Part shown: piece by piece, positions 13,601 through 25,548 of the stretch
How positions within the stretch are numbered: position 1 is the first letter of the stretch
How the letters are laid out: every line of letters starts with the position of its first letter
Assembly (NCBI RefSeq): GCF_964204645.1
Contig: NC_134031.1
Coordinates: forward strand, 4,216,001 to 4,280,000
Direction of reading: 5' to 3'
Length of the DNA stretch: 64,000 bases
From: Tubulanus polymorphus
Lineage: Eukaryota; Animalia; Nemertea
Made by a program: the position numbers and the translations under genes
Notes under the pieces: model-generated
Database searches by the model: none
What the model was told of the DNA's origin: nothing
What the model saw: the letters and a program-made list of their open reading frames with translations, nothing else

Positions 13601-15182
13601 TATTTGTAGTTGATGGTTGAACAGTAGTCTTCTGAGATCCAGTAGTTGATGTGGAACTGGTTACATCTCTAGTAGTTGTAGCATTCACCATCGGATTCGT
13701 ATTTGTAGTTGATGGTTGAACAGTAGTCTTCTGAGATGCAGTTAATGATTCGGAACCGGTTACATCTTTCGGAGTTGTACCATTTACCATCGATTTCGTA
13801 TTTGTAGTTGATGGTTGAACGGTAGTCGTCTGAGATCCAGTTGTTGATTTGGAATTAGTTACATCTTTAGGCGTTGTAGCATTTACCATAGATTTTATAT
13901 TTGTAGTTGATGGTTGGACAGTAGTCTTCTGAGATCCAGTTGTGGATGTAGAACTGGTTACATCTCTAGTAGTTGTAGCATTCACCATCGATTTCGTATT
14001 TGTAGTTGATGGTTGAACAGTAGTCTTCTGAGATGCAGTTGTTGATTTGGAACTGGTTACATCTTTAGGAGTTGTAGCATTCACCATCGATTTTGTATTT
14101 GTAATTGATGGTTGAACAGTAGTCGTCTGAGATGCTGTTGTTGATATGGAACTGGTTACATCTTTAGGAGTTGTACCATTCACCATCGATTTCGTATTTG
14201 TAGTTGATGGTTGAACGGTAGTCTTCTGAGATCCAGTTGTTGATGCGGAACTGGTTACATCTTTAGGAGTTGTAGCATTCACCATAGATTTTGTAGTTGT
14301 AATTGATGGTTGAACAGTAGTCGTCTGAGATCCAGTTGTTGATGCGGAACTGGTTACATCTTTAGGAGTTGTAGCATTCACAATCGATTTTGTATTAGAG
14401 GTTGATGGTTGAACAGTAGTCGTCTGAGATCCAGTTGTGGATGTAGAACTGGTTACATCTCTAGTAGTTGTAGCATTCACCATCGATTTCGTATTTGTAG
14501 TTGATGGTTGAACAATAGTCGTCTGAGATTCAGTTGTTGAATTGGAACTAGTTACAACTCTAGGAGTTGTAGCATTCACCATCGATTTCGTATTTGTAGT
14601 TGATGGTTGAACATGAACAGTAGTCGTCTGAGATCCAGTAGTTGATGTGGAACTGGTTACATCTTTAGAAGTTGTAGCATTCACCATCGATTTTGCATTT
14701 GTAGTTGATGGTTGGACAGTAGTCGTCTGAGATCCAGTAGTTGACGTGGAACTGGTTACATCTTTAGGAGTTGTAGCATTCACCATCGATTTCGTATTTT
14801 TAGTTGATGGTTGAACAGTAGTCGTCTGAGATGCAGTTGTTGATTTGGAACTGGTTATATCTTTAGGAGTTGTAGCATTCACCATCAATTTCGTATTTGT
14901 AGTTGATGGTTGAACAGTAGTCGTCTGAGATCCAGTTGTTGATGTGGAACTGGTTACATCTTTAGGAGTTGTAAAATTCACCATCGATTTCGTATTCGTA
15001 GTTGATGGTAGAACAGTAGTCTTCTGAGATCCAGTTGTTGATGTGGAACTGGTTATATCTCGAGTAGTCGTTGTATTCATACCCATTGTAGTATTTGCAG
15101 CAGCTACTGCTGAAAGCCTTTCATTACTCGGTACCAGAATATATATGATAAACAAACACAATGCCAATCGTATTAGACGCAT
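4612..15182 (-). CDS. Transmembrane mucin (signal peptide - PTS repeats - SEA - EGF-like - TM - cytoplasmic tail), ~3103 aa; exons 15182-6899, 6797-6679, 6590-6532, 6439-6255, 5977-5806, 5463-5275, 5177-5123, 5033-4848, 4674-4612
   Basis: Signal peptide MRLIRLALCLFIIYILVP and an 8.3-kb Thr/Ser exon. The spliced SEA domain reads YNDNLNKPDSDEYK...VTGFSSGSIIANYEV. Then Cys-rich EGF-like exons, TM segment IVIGVFAGFGAVIVVFVLTLILI-KKRK and tail ending FKIQRPKLYTSDEATLTTHL*. All junctions are GT-AG and in phase (9312 nt). A probable 5'UTR exon donor lies at 15499. Confidence 0.9.
7285..15075 (-). repeat. Coding minisatellite, 99-bp (33-aa) unit, ~78 copies
   Basis: Consensus TTPKDVTSSKSTTASQTTTVQPSTTNTKSMVNA. 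A diagnostic variant recurs at 12652, 13345 and 13741 (spacings 693 = 7x99 and 396 = 4x99). Confidence 0.97.
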
Positions 15183-17275
15183 CGTTAGGGGTTTCTGTAA
15201 TCATTGAGAGAATAAGTTTTTTAAGAATGAAAATATGGTGTTAGAGAAAAAGAATTAATTGCTGACAAATTGGCGAAAAATGAAAAAAATGATTACACAA
15301 AATATATCAAGCCACGAGTATGTGTAATTTGTTCTTAATTTTGAAGAATCTAATTTTACTATTCATTCCGTGTCTATGACTTGGCGCCTAAATCTCTTAA
15401 ATCGAATTCTTTGTACATCAGTCGCTTCCATTTAGACGTTTTACGTATAATTAACTGAAAAATCTCTAATCATTCGTATATATCGCAATCAAAACTCACC
15501 AAAAAACTGTGTCGTTAGAGCGATCGCCTACAAACCGGTACGTTCAGGAACTCCTCGATGAATGAATCTAGCCGAAAATTGCACCGCGCGTCAAGTAAGA
15601 GGAATGCGTTTATTTTTATCTCCTATAACAAACCTTAATCACTTTACACGGAAAGGCATTGTTAATTTAAGAATTCATTCATTTGTGGAAATAGCACAAA
15701 CAATATTTGGAGTATTTATCGACCCCACCCGTGTGAATCTATTGAGGCGTAGTATGTGTGTGAAATGAGTAAATTCATTTTGATCGTAACTACTTTCAAA
15801 TAAAACCACCCATTTTAATGAGTATTTCTCGTATAATGTCTATTATAGAAATTCTTCGTTTTTTGCAATTTATTTAATCGTTTACGAGCTACCAGTTCCT
15901 TAGTTCTCGGTTTAATTTTGATTTTAAGATTTAAAGATTGGAATAAATTTATCTTAGCTCTAGAGTCAACGAACTAAACCATGAACTGTGGAAGTGGGTC
16001 CTGTATTTGAACTTATTCTACATCTTTGGGTATTGGAGATATACGTGATACGACATAGCTGATTGAGATTGAAGGACGCGCGAGAAAGAGACCACAAATA
16101 ACAGATAACGAACCACTATTACAGTTATCTGAAATTTCGAGCATAACTTTTACACATTCGTACCTATACGGAATCTGTTTGTGATATGATATCCTTGGTG
16201 GGCTCTGATATTTGGGTCGCACAATAGATATTAGCTTTTTGCACAGTCGTTCGACAATGCCTAGCCCTATTAATCAGTAAACATTTCATTCATAGCGCGA
16301 CTGACACTTATACATGACTCTAGACACGGTTATTAGGCCTACGCCCAAAATAGTAAAGCATGATTAACGAAACTTCAAAGAAATAGTAGAATATAGACTT
16401 ATTTAGGGCCATGAAAAAATGGATTTCCAGTGAATAAACTGGATAACTCGTTCACCGGGGTCACTGTTCTAGTCGACCGGATCATTAAAAATCTGTCACA
16501 ATGATCTTTCAATTAGAATTTCAGTTCAGTTTCACTATTCTACTAAATTTTCTGTCCGTGGATAATTAGTTGATAATACAAGTTCATAATATGTAGAAAC
16601 CTGATTTATAAACCAGTATCAAGGAGAAAATTCTTCCGTTTAAATTCGTCATAGAGTTGTTATGTGTGATTAAACACCGAAAGAATCGAATGTTAATGAA
16701 ATCAAATCTAATATGAAAAAGTTTTTTCTATTAAAACAAGTGTTGCAGTAAAAATATTCTCCTTATTTGAATTCTGTAGTGAAACATTTGATCTTATCAA
16801 CTAAATTCCAATTCAGGTTTTACTATAACTTTTTCATGGAACCGGTTTTCATTGACGTCATATCTCTAAGGGCAGCAAACAGTTTGTTACGTGTAATTTG
16901 ACGGGAAATCCACTATTTAAGTCACTAGGAATGTCAACGAGTTGTAGTAAAGTTCTATCTGTTTATATGAGATTGTTATGTTTTCATTTCATCACGCGAT
17001 AGGAAAATGTTTTGCATAACGCTGTTGTCAACTGCTAGCAATAGACTCTTATTTTTACCGGAACATTAAACTCTGAACTATAAAGGAAGACTCTTCCTTT
17101 TGGGGTCCATGATTTAAATAGCAAAGGTATGTCAAATTTCCTGCAAACAATGGTACGCGACAATGGATAATCGCAAAAGGCCAGTGCCCGTACTGATCGA
17201 ATAAAGGACGGTTTATCAGGTTGCGCTATAGCATACGTAAGGATTATCTTGGTTACCCTGTAAAGTTTCATGTAA

Positions 17276-17493
17276 GGCTGAAATAAGAGATACCTTCTTT
17301 CTCCTAATCAGCTGGGTCACTTTTGTAAAATGCAATTAAATTTGTGATCAGTTCATTTCTATAGCCACCGGGTCCGTTATTGTTAAAGTTTGATCATGAT
17401 TTTAAGAAAAAATAGTGTACAGGGTTGAGGCAGCCGGTCGCGTTAACTTATAAGCTCAGCCGCAATGAGAAACAAGGTACCAATTTTTCAACC
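17276..17493. mobile_element. MITE family B (Harbinger/Tourist-like), diverged copy
   Basis: Ends GGCTGAAATAAGAGATACCTTCTTTCTC ... GAGAAACAAGGTACCAATTTTTCAACC match the TIRs of 28719-28939. Confidence 0.6.
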
Positions 17494-17761
17494 TAGGTTT
17501 CGTGGTTTTTTACTAAACATTATAAGTTAAGGTTCATTCGGGAAAATTGATATATAAATGTACGTGTAAAATCAATATGAATATGAAATTGTTACATATC
17601 GTGCAGTTTGACGCCTGAGGGAGAAAGGTGTTGGGGGTGATGGAAGTCCTGCAGACTTTTCGTAAACCGTATCGGGTGCATATGGCAGTAACCAGTAATG
17701 CGCATCAATGATGACTCGTTAGTTAATTTTACATTCATAACAACGGAAACACACGGACAAG

Positions 17762-20427
17762 ATGAGACGTAACTTTGTAAGTTGATTAATTTGTCTAATG
17801 TTTATAGGGTAATTTGTGTTCGATACGACTATATAGGGACGCATCCTTCAGAGATCATAAGTTAGTACAAACACTATCTGAATATGGCAAAGATACAAGT
17901 AGATACTTCAATCATGTTGCGGTTTGTTAAGTTCACGTAATTGAAAATTTAGATATGTCCTTATTCCTAGACTTTTGATATTGCATGCGCTCCCAAGTTT
18001 CCAAAGCTTGAACAATTAACTTCGGTCTGTTCTTCGTTGTTCTTGCTTATTCGAATATCTGATAAATCATTTTTTCGAATCGTTTTTTTTCGGGTGAAAA
18101 GAAAAACCTGTATGAATTTTGGGGAGTGTTTACAGCATTACTTCACTGAAATTTCAGTCGTATTTGTTACCAATTGTAGCAGCACTTGTGGCAGCTTCAA
18201 TCGATTCCAAGCCATTGGGAGAAAGGAGCCAGAATCCGCCCAATGATTGCACGAAGGTAATCATACAGAAAATAGGTATATCATAAGATTATTTGATATT
18301 CCGAAATGCTACTCCGTCTTACCCATGTTGAGTATAAATATTCGACAATCCGCGTTTCCTCGCATGAAAAGGGAGAAGTGGTTTACCGACTAAATTGATA
18401 CTGAGTTGGGAGCTTTTGGAACCCCGAACTACCCCAGATATTTGAATGAATTGAGGAGAATTCTTTTTTTAAAACGAAGATAGATACGGCAGACCTTCCT
18501 GCTCCTTTCTAAACGCGTATGGCTTTGGCTGGAAAATATAAGAAATAAATTGTTTACTCGGGATACCGTCGTTTGAATGTGCTTAACTCGAATATAATTG
18601 ATATTTATTTCTTAAGTTGTTATTTCTATATCTCAGGTGTGTTTGCAACAGAAAATAGCTTGTCTGTCAACATGTGACGATGGCGAACGGGCTTCGTGTA
18701 GCAGCAAATGTATGGATGAAGAACAAAATTGCCGAGTGAGCCAAAACTGCGCAATTACTGCGACCACCTTGCCATTGGAATCCGGCAAATTCAACTGGCA
18801 GACTGCGATTTCACAGCTAAGTGATGACGACTGGCAATCTTTGATCGGTTTTGCTACAACAATCATGCCTCAAACATACGATGAATGGGTATCTTTAATA
18901 GCTGCGATAACGGCTTTGGCACCGACACCTCCACCAACAATGTCAGCTACTCCACCTACAATGGCAACGTCAAGGAAACACGATAAACGGGAACCACAAT
19001 TTGACCAACTAAGTGATTACGACTTACAATATTTAATTGGTGCTTTAGTTGCAATGATGCCTGATGACCTACAAAATCTAATTGGAACAATAGTGGCATT
19101 GATGCAGACACTACCCACAATTCCAGAGCCTACTCCACCACCGCCAATGCCAATGCCAATGACCCCACCAACAACAACAACAATGCCAATGACAACACCA
19201 CCACCAACCATGCAAATGACAACACCACCACCCACCATGCCAATGACAACACCAACAACAACCATGCCAATGACAACACCACCACCAACCATGCCAATGA
19301 CTCCACCAACAACAACAATGCCAATGAAAACACCACCAACAATGCCAATGACAACACCACCACCAACCATGCCAATGACAACACCACCACCAACAATGCC
19401 AGTGACAACACGACCGATAATGCCAATGCCAACTACAACGTCAATGAAACAAGATAAACGAGAACAACCATTGCCTACTCCATCAGCTACAATGCCGATA
19501 TCAACACCACCTCCAACAATGCCAATGACCCCACCAACAACAACGATGCCAATGACAACACCACCAACAATGCCTATGACAACACCACCACCAACAACCA
19601 TGCCAATAACAACACCACCGCCAACCATGCCAATGACAACACCACCATCAACCATTTCAATGACAACACCACCAACAACAATGCCAATGACAACACCACC
19701 AACAATGCCAATGACAACACCACCACCAACCACGCCAATGACAACACCACCACCAACCATGCCAATGACTCCACCATCAACAACAATGCCAATGACAACA
19801 CCACCAACAACGCCAATGACAACACCACCACCAACCATGCCAATGACAACTCCACCAATGACACCACCACCACCGACAATGCCAATGACAACACCACCAC
19901 CAACAATGCCAGTGACAACACGACCGATAATGCCAATGCCAACTACAACGTCAATGAAACAAGATAAACGAGAACAACCATTGCCTACTCCATCAGCTAC
20001 AATGCCGATATCAACACCACCTCCAACAATGCCAATGACCCCACCAACAACAACGATGCCAATGACAACACCACCAACAATGCCTATGACAACACCACCA
20101 CCAACAACCATGCCAATAACAACACCACCGCCAACCATGCCAATGACAACACCACCATCAACCATTTCAATGACAACACCACCAACAACAATGCCAATGA
20201 CAACACCACCAACAATGCCAATGACAACACCACCACCAACCACGCCAATGACAACACCACCACCAACCATGCCAATGACTCCACCATCAACAACAATGCC
20301 AATGACAACACCAATGACAACACCACCACCAACCATGCCAATGACAACTCCACCAATGACACCACCACCACCGACAATGCCGATGACAACACCACCACCA
20401 ACAATGCCAACTTTGAATTCCACCTAA
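17762..20427 (+). CDS. Secreted precursor, 634 aa: signal peptide + 8-Cys domain + two amphipathic repeats + Met/Pro/Thr-rich mucin-like repeats; exons 17762-17776, 18158-18256, 18637-20427
   Basis: ATGAGACGTAACTTT|GTAAGT, TTTCAG|TCG...AAG|GTAATC and TCTCAG|GTG are all phase 0. They give MRRNFSYLLPIVAALVAASIDS-KPLGERSQNPPNDCTKVCLQQKIACLSTCDDGERASCSSKCMDEEQNCRVSQNC. AATAAA at 20475. Confidence 0.8.
19130..20410 (+). repeat. Coding MPMTTPPPT low-complexity repeats with an internal ~510-bp near-exact duplication
   Basis: CGACCGATAATGCC at 19411 and 19921 (510-bp period); short ~24-30-bp ACC/ACA/ATG-rich units. Confidence 0.92.
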
Positions 20428-21671
20428 ACAACCCAAGGATAATCAAAAACCTTTCCTTGATGTAGTTATAACAAAATAAAGCGTCCAAAGAAGTATAATT
20501 CTGAATAATTAAATCTGTCATATATATGCTGAATAAATTATATCTTCAATCCAATATGTTCCATAGTTTAAATTATTGACAGGTTAGTGGGAGGTTTAGT
20601 TGAAAAAGACGATGCACAACACCTAATTCGCAGATGTTGAAGATTTTGTAGATTTCCGCATCTTTTTAGACTACGCTTTCAGTAAAGGATGTGATGGAAA
20701 GACACCGAGTGTCAGTATCAACCTCAATTGATTCGATGTGGTCTTGGCAGATCAGAGATTTGAAAGGCTTCCCTGCTGTTCAATGGAACTTAAACGTTTC
20801 CTGTTGCAGTAGATATCGATGCATGAATTGCTTAATGATTTCAAATATGCTAACATTCCGTTTTTCATTTAATGAACGAAATACAAGGTTTGTTATCATA
20901 TCAATGAGCGCTTTATTCAAAAATATATACAACAAATTACGTATATTTTCTTCTGAGATAGCGTTTGTAAAGCGTTCAAATACAATGTACATGTAATATT
21001 ATAATCATGCATTATTGCAAAATGACGAATAACAATCATTCAGACTTAGATTTCTAAAATGCTGAATTTTTCAACTAAAATGAACATTCTTTAAACACAC
21101 TGATAGCAATCAACACAATAACCCGTGCAGACAATAATAGCTACGAATTCTGCCATTAGTGTACCAAGCCATGGAAAATGCTTCGAAGCGGGATTTATCA
21201 TTTAAAATGTATACAGTTAAAACTCACAAATGTAACAAACATAAAATGCTCAAACCAGAATTCGGAAAATTCTATCATATTCACCGTATATGTATATATA
21301 TACAAAAGGCGTCCAGCAGTAAGATAACCAGATTTATACACAAATATCTTCAGATATTCCTTAAAATACAAGTGAACTAGAACTAAATGTAATTAACATG
21401 TGGTACTATAGTACGTAAACATAAACGTTTTACTATAATTTCGTCGATAAGTGACATGTGCATGATCATTTTTCACGAAATGTACTGGTGTACGTAGTTT
21501 GTGAACAGCAGTTATAAGTAGATAAATGATTACCAGAATATCACAAATAATCCATATCACAAGCATTCGTCACAAGACACACAGGATAACATCTTGTCCA
21601 GCAGGATGAATCGCCTTTTTAAAATGGTCGCATAGCTCCGTGATATAACTGTGTCATTCATTTTTCATCAG

Positions 21672-24600
21672 CTAAACATGTGGAGAGTCCATGGTACCAT
21701 AATTACCTAGATAAACAATACAGCAGAGACTAAAGTGGAAATCATTTCAAGATGTACTTAAACCTGAAAACTACATGCATTCAATACCAGGTATGTGACA
21801 GAAGGGACACCATACAGTACCAGGTATCGACCTGCAATCAGGACCGATCTGTCAGACATTCAATACATTCTAGAGAATCGAGGCTTTACATGTGTTGCTG
21901 ACTTCTTCACCAAAGACATTTATAATTGAAAGTGCTCTACATGAATGGACTTCAAACACCAAGCAATTTAAGTCAATTTATCACCGCACTCCAAAAGTGG
22001 TGATCCAGCGAGACGATCAAGCAGCAATGATGAATGTCTGATGGGATTCTGGGACAATTGCCCCCAAATAAAATCCTTTTTGATTTCGATTAACACCACC
22101 TAAATACTTTACTTAGAAATTCATTTGCATATTATTGAATATAGATTTGTAAGATATAGAATTACTGATGTTGTGTGCAGATCAAAAACTTTAAATCAGT
22201 CCTTGTGTAATTATAATTCACTTACCAAATTAAAGGAAACTTAATAAGTCCACTTATTGGTGCATTAGTTAACGTTGGCTGATTTTTTGGAATTAGTTTT
22301 AGTGTTACTTTAGCCAGTCAAAAACAATGGGTTGCAGGGGTTTCACGACAAAATCGACTTACCACCAGTGGGTAAACTGTTTTGACTGGTCAATGACCCA
22401 CGCCGTAAGCGTCTTGGAACCTGAACGAATTCCTCAGGGGCACCACGCGGTATTCGAGCTTGGCTCGCATATAACTGACTAAGAATCGAGGCAAAATACA
22501 CGAATGATACGAGCATCTACAAAACAACAAATTATACGAATCTTAATACGATTCAATTAATAGATACATTGTCTTGAATGAGTCTTAGAGTATGCTTTTA
22601 AATTAATTGATAATTCCATTACTTGGAAAGAAAAAGAAGTTACAAAATTAAAAAGATTTAAAGACGAGGGATGTAAAAGGCCTGATAAAGGAGATCAAGG
22701 TTTCAAGTCAGTTGAAACATGTACTGTACATGTAAAAATGATATGAAAGACTCCATGATTGAAATAACAAATACCTCAAAAGCTTGAAACATGTAGTTGT
22801 ACCAGGAATTTGGGACAATCACAGCATTTCCTGAAACGAGGTAGAAATGATATTACTAGTAAAAACATAAGCATTTGGTAGTACTCTAAATTCATAAGCA
22901 ATTTCATGCAAATTATATTCAACCATTTTTCCACCCAAATTGCAATTCAAATAATGTTCTTTTAACCGTGAACTCAGAGAGTCTATGCTTTAACTTACCA
23001 CATAAAGTACCCGTTGATATTGAAAGAAACAACATTTTAACATAGACCAGGACAATATTCCATCGATTATTTGGCTGTAATGGTTCATCGACGAATTTCC
23101 AGCTTTTCTCCTAGACAGTAGACAAAAGATTAAATCAGTGAAAATTGGCTGTAAACAGGTCTAGAAAGGATAGCAAATATGCTATACCGGTACTTACATC
23201 GAATCTAAATGTGGTTGTGTAAATGCCAGCAAACATCAGCAAAGTTGATAAATACGCTTGAGCAATGAAAATACCGGTTAAGTTGTGTATTACCAGTTTC
23301 CTCATCATTTTCACTGAATAAAAGATGAAACACGAAAATTCTGATACGTAAAATGATGATACTACAGGGAACGGTGAAATATCTTTCTTACAAAACTTCC
23401 AGAAGTTCTCCTTATTGTGCAATTATGGGAGAAAATGGTCTTCCGGGATTTTTTTCAATCATCACTGGAGCTAATTCCCAAGGTCTAGGTGTCTAGGTAG
23501 GAGCAATACTTGGAAAAGCTCAGCCTTCTCTGGTGAGCAGAATAAAGTGTTCTTGTTGGTTGTGCATATAACTCTTACTACTCTAATTGCTTACTACAGA
23601 TATTAGGTAAGATGAGTGTACTTTTCTTTCTTACCGTTTATTAAGACGATTAAAAGAAAATTAAGTAGTTGAAGACTAAGCATTACAGCTTCACTCTGAA
23701 ATGGAATAAACAAAAGCCAACATTGCCAATATTCCTCGAGGTTATTCTCCATAAATCGGATGAATAATCATTTACTGCAGTTTGATTATTACAGTAGTTT
23801 TGAGATTGATAACGCTTCAAATCATTCAACATATTGTCGACAAATCAAAATCGGGATAACAGGTGGTGAGCAAAACCAAAATAATCGATTTATACCTAAA
23901 CTTTTAATGAATACTACAATATATGAAATACATAGATAAACAGTCCGAATAGAATTATTGTGATCCGTATTAAAAGGTCTACAATATAATGAACTTACAA
24001 TACGCAAAATCTCTTCTCTGGTTTCTGTATTGCTCGCACCATCTAATACAACCAATATTGCAACATTTAATACCTACAAAAAAGACCATTATGACCAGAA
24101 TGCAGACTTTTAGAAACTGTATTATTTTCAATAGACTGAAATACAAACTTACTTGTAAAATAAATGTAATGATTAAATTATGACTTCCCATGAGGAAAAG
24201 ACATTTCTTAAGTTTTGAACCTCTTTGAAGATGTTGCATGCCACCAGATGTCTCTGCTAGTATGTACGACTTCATAAACGAAGCCCCGTCCTCCATATTT
24301 TGAAGAAGATACTCAGCTTGACGACGAGTGATCTTGTACGAGGCATCTTTCGAAAAGCTACAATTCAACGAGTCCAAAATAAATTTTTTCGAACAACCAC
24401 ATAAATCGATCTTCTCGGTAAAAGAAGAGAATAATCAAATTAAATTTTCAAATTGATTTTATCGTTAAGTTAGATATATCTAACATATTTATCGTTTTAG
24501 TCACCCATGGACTCAATGCAAAAACCAAATATTTCTCATTTCACAAAAAGCTAAATGCACTTTATACAGTTTAAATATTACTCATTCAAATGGCAAACAC

Positions 24601-25530
24601 ACATTAATATCTTATCACACATTGCATAAATTCCACAGAAATGAAGTGCAAAGAAACAATGTTAATTTGGTTAGAAAAATATAATATATACATATAAATT
24701 ATCAGTGAAGTGCAATATAGGCCAAATTATGAAATTTCAATGATTATCAGAGACGGAATGTGCGTACTGATTTAAATTTAAATATATTTCAGTCGTAATG
24801 AACAATACAATTTTCTCGGAACTTTATCAGAATTTTACAAAAACTATTTCTTTATCGGAAAAGCATTCTCCTTGATATGATTTAATATATGCTGATCACA
24901 TAATTTACTGCTTCTGATCATTTTATTTTAGTGCTTTCATTGGCTGAATAAAGGGATAAGGCAAAGACAACTAAAGGGCTTACTCTCTATTAGCAGACTC
25001 TGAAATCTGCCGCGAATATGAAGCATTTATTCCATTCCTTATCGGAGAAAAAAAATATAATAGCAACTTTGAGCATATACCAATGGGTCCTTTTGATCTC
25101 AGTAAAATACGTCATCTCGGTAATAAGGATGACCGAAAGAAAAGTGCCGGATAATATCATCAGCAAAAAGCAATATTCAAACAGATGTGCACTTTCCAAT
25201 TCTACAACCCATAATCAACGCTAGCATCGGATACTGCAACGAACATCTACAGATTACAGATTTAACTTACAGAACTGAGAACATGATGATAAAAAGACAA
25301 AGTCCAAAAAGTAAGCAAGCAAGAATATGAAAGAAAAAAGTAAGTTTTCAAACATCGTGCGCATGAAATTGATGGGATAACAATTCGTAGCTATATTCAA
25401 ATATGAAATGGACTTACTTGAAATACGAAGTCATAGGACTGTTTCTGGTATTGTCGGCTATGAGGGGCGAATTTTCTAAACTTTCCCCGGTGTAATCCCA
25501 AGCAAGATCGTCATGAACGACGTCCGCCAT
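21672..25530 (-). CDS. Small membrane protein with a K+-channel pore-module-like (Ion_trans_2-like) C-terminal half and non-canonical filter, ~308 aa; exons 25530-25418, 24357-24153, 24073-23999, 23695-23635, 23313-23198, 23110-22999, 22830-22775, 22516-22363, 21706-21672 (last exon less certain)
   Basis: Kozak AAAATGGCG; all junctions are GT-AG and in phase (927 nt). Outer helix AQAYLSTLLMFAGIYT, pore helix/filter YVKMLFLSISTGTLCGNAVIVP, inner helix SWYNYMFQAFEMLVSFVYFASILSQ. Confidence 0.72.
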
Positions 25531-25538
25531 TTTGAAAT

Positions 25539-25548
25539 GTCACATGAC
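25539..25548. promoter_or_regulatory. CLEAR/M-box-like E-box GTCACATGAC next to a YY1-like AAAATGGCGG at the start codon
   Basis: One mismatch to the CLEAR palindrome GTCACGTGAC and contains the M-box TCATGTG on the - strand; 9 bp upstream of the channel-like gene ATG. Confidence 0.4.

Noticed and set aside
19017-20521. Long antisense ORFs rich in Gly/Val/Ile or Leu/Val
   Set aside because: They are shadows of the ACC/ACA/ATG-rich sense repeats, with no independent start or splice support.
21968-22099. Alternative in-phase terminal exon for the channel-like gene
   Set aside because: It is open and in phase, but I preferred 21706-21672 for its YGTM motif; this cannot be settled without RNA-seq.
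24990-25250. Hydrophobic ORF as an extra exon of the channel-like gene
   Set aside because: It overlaps a fragment of the TTAA MITE (cf. 58401), and exon 1 already joins 24357 in phase.
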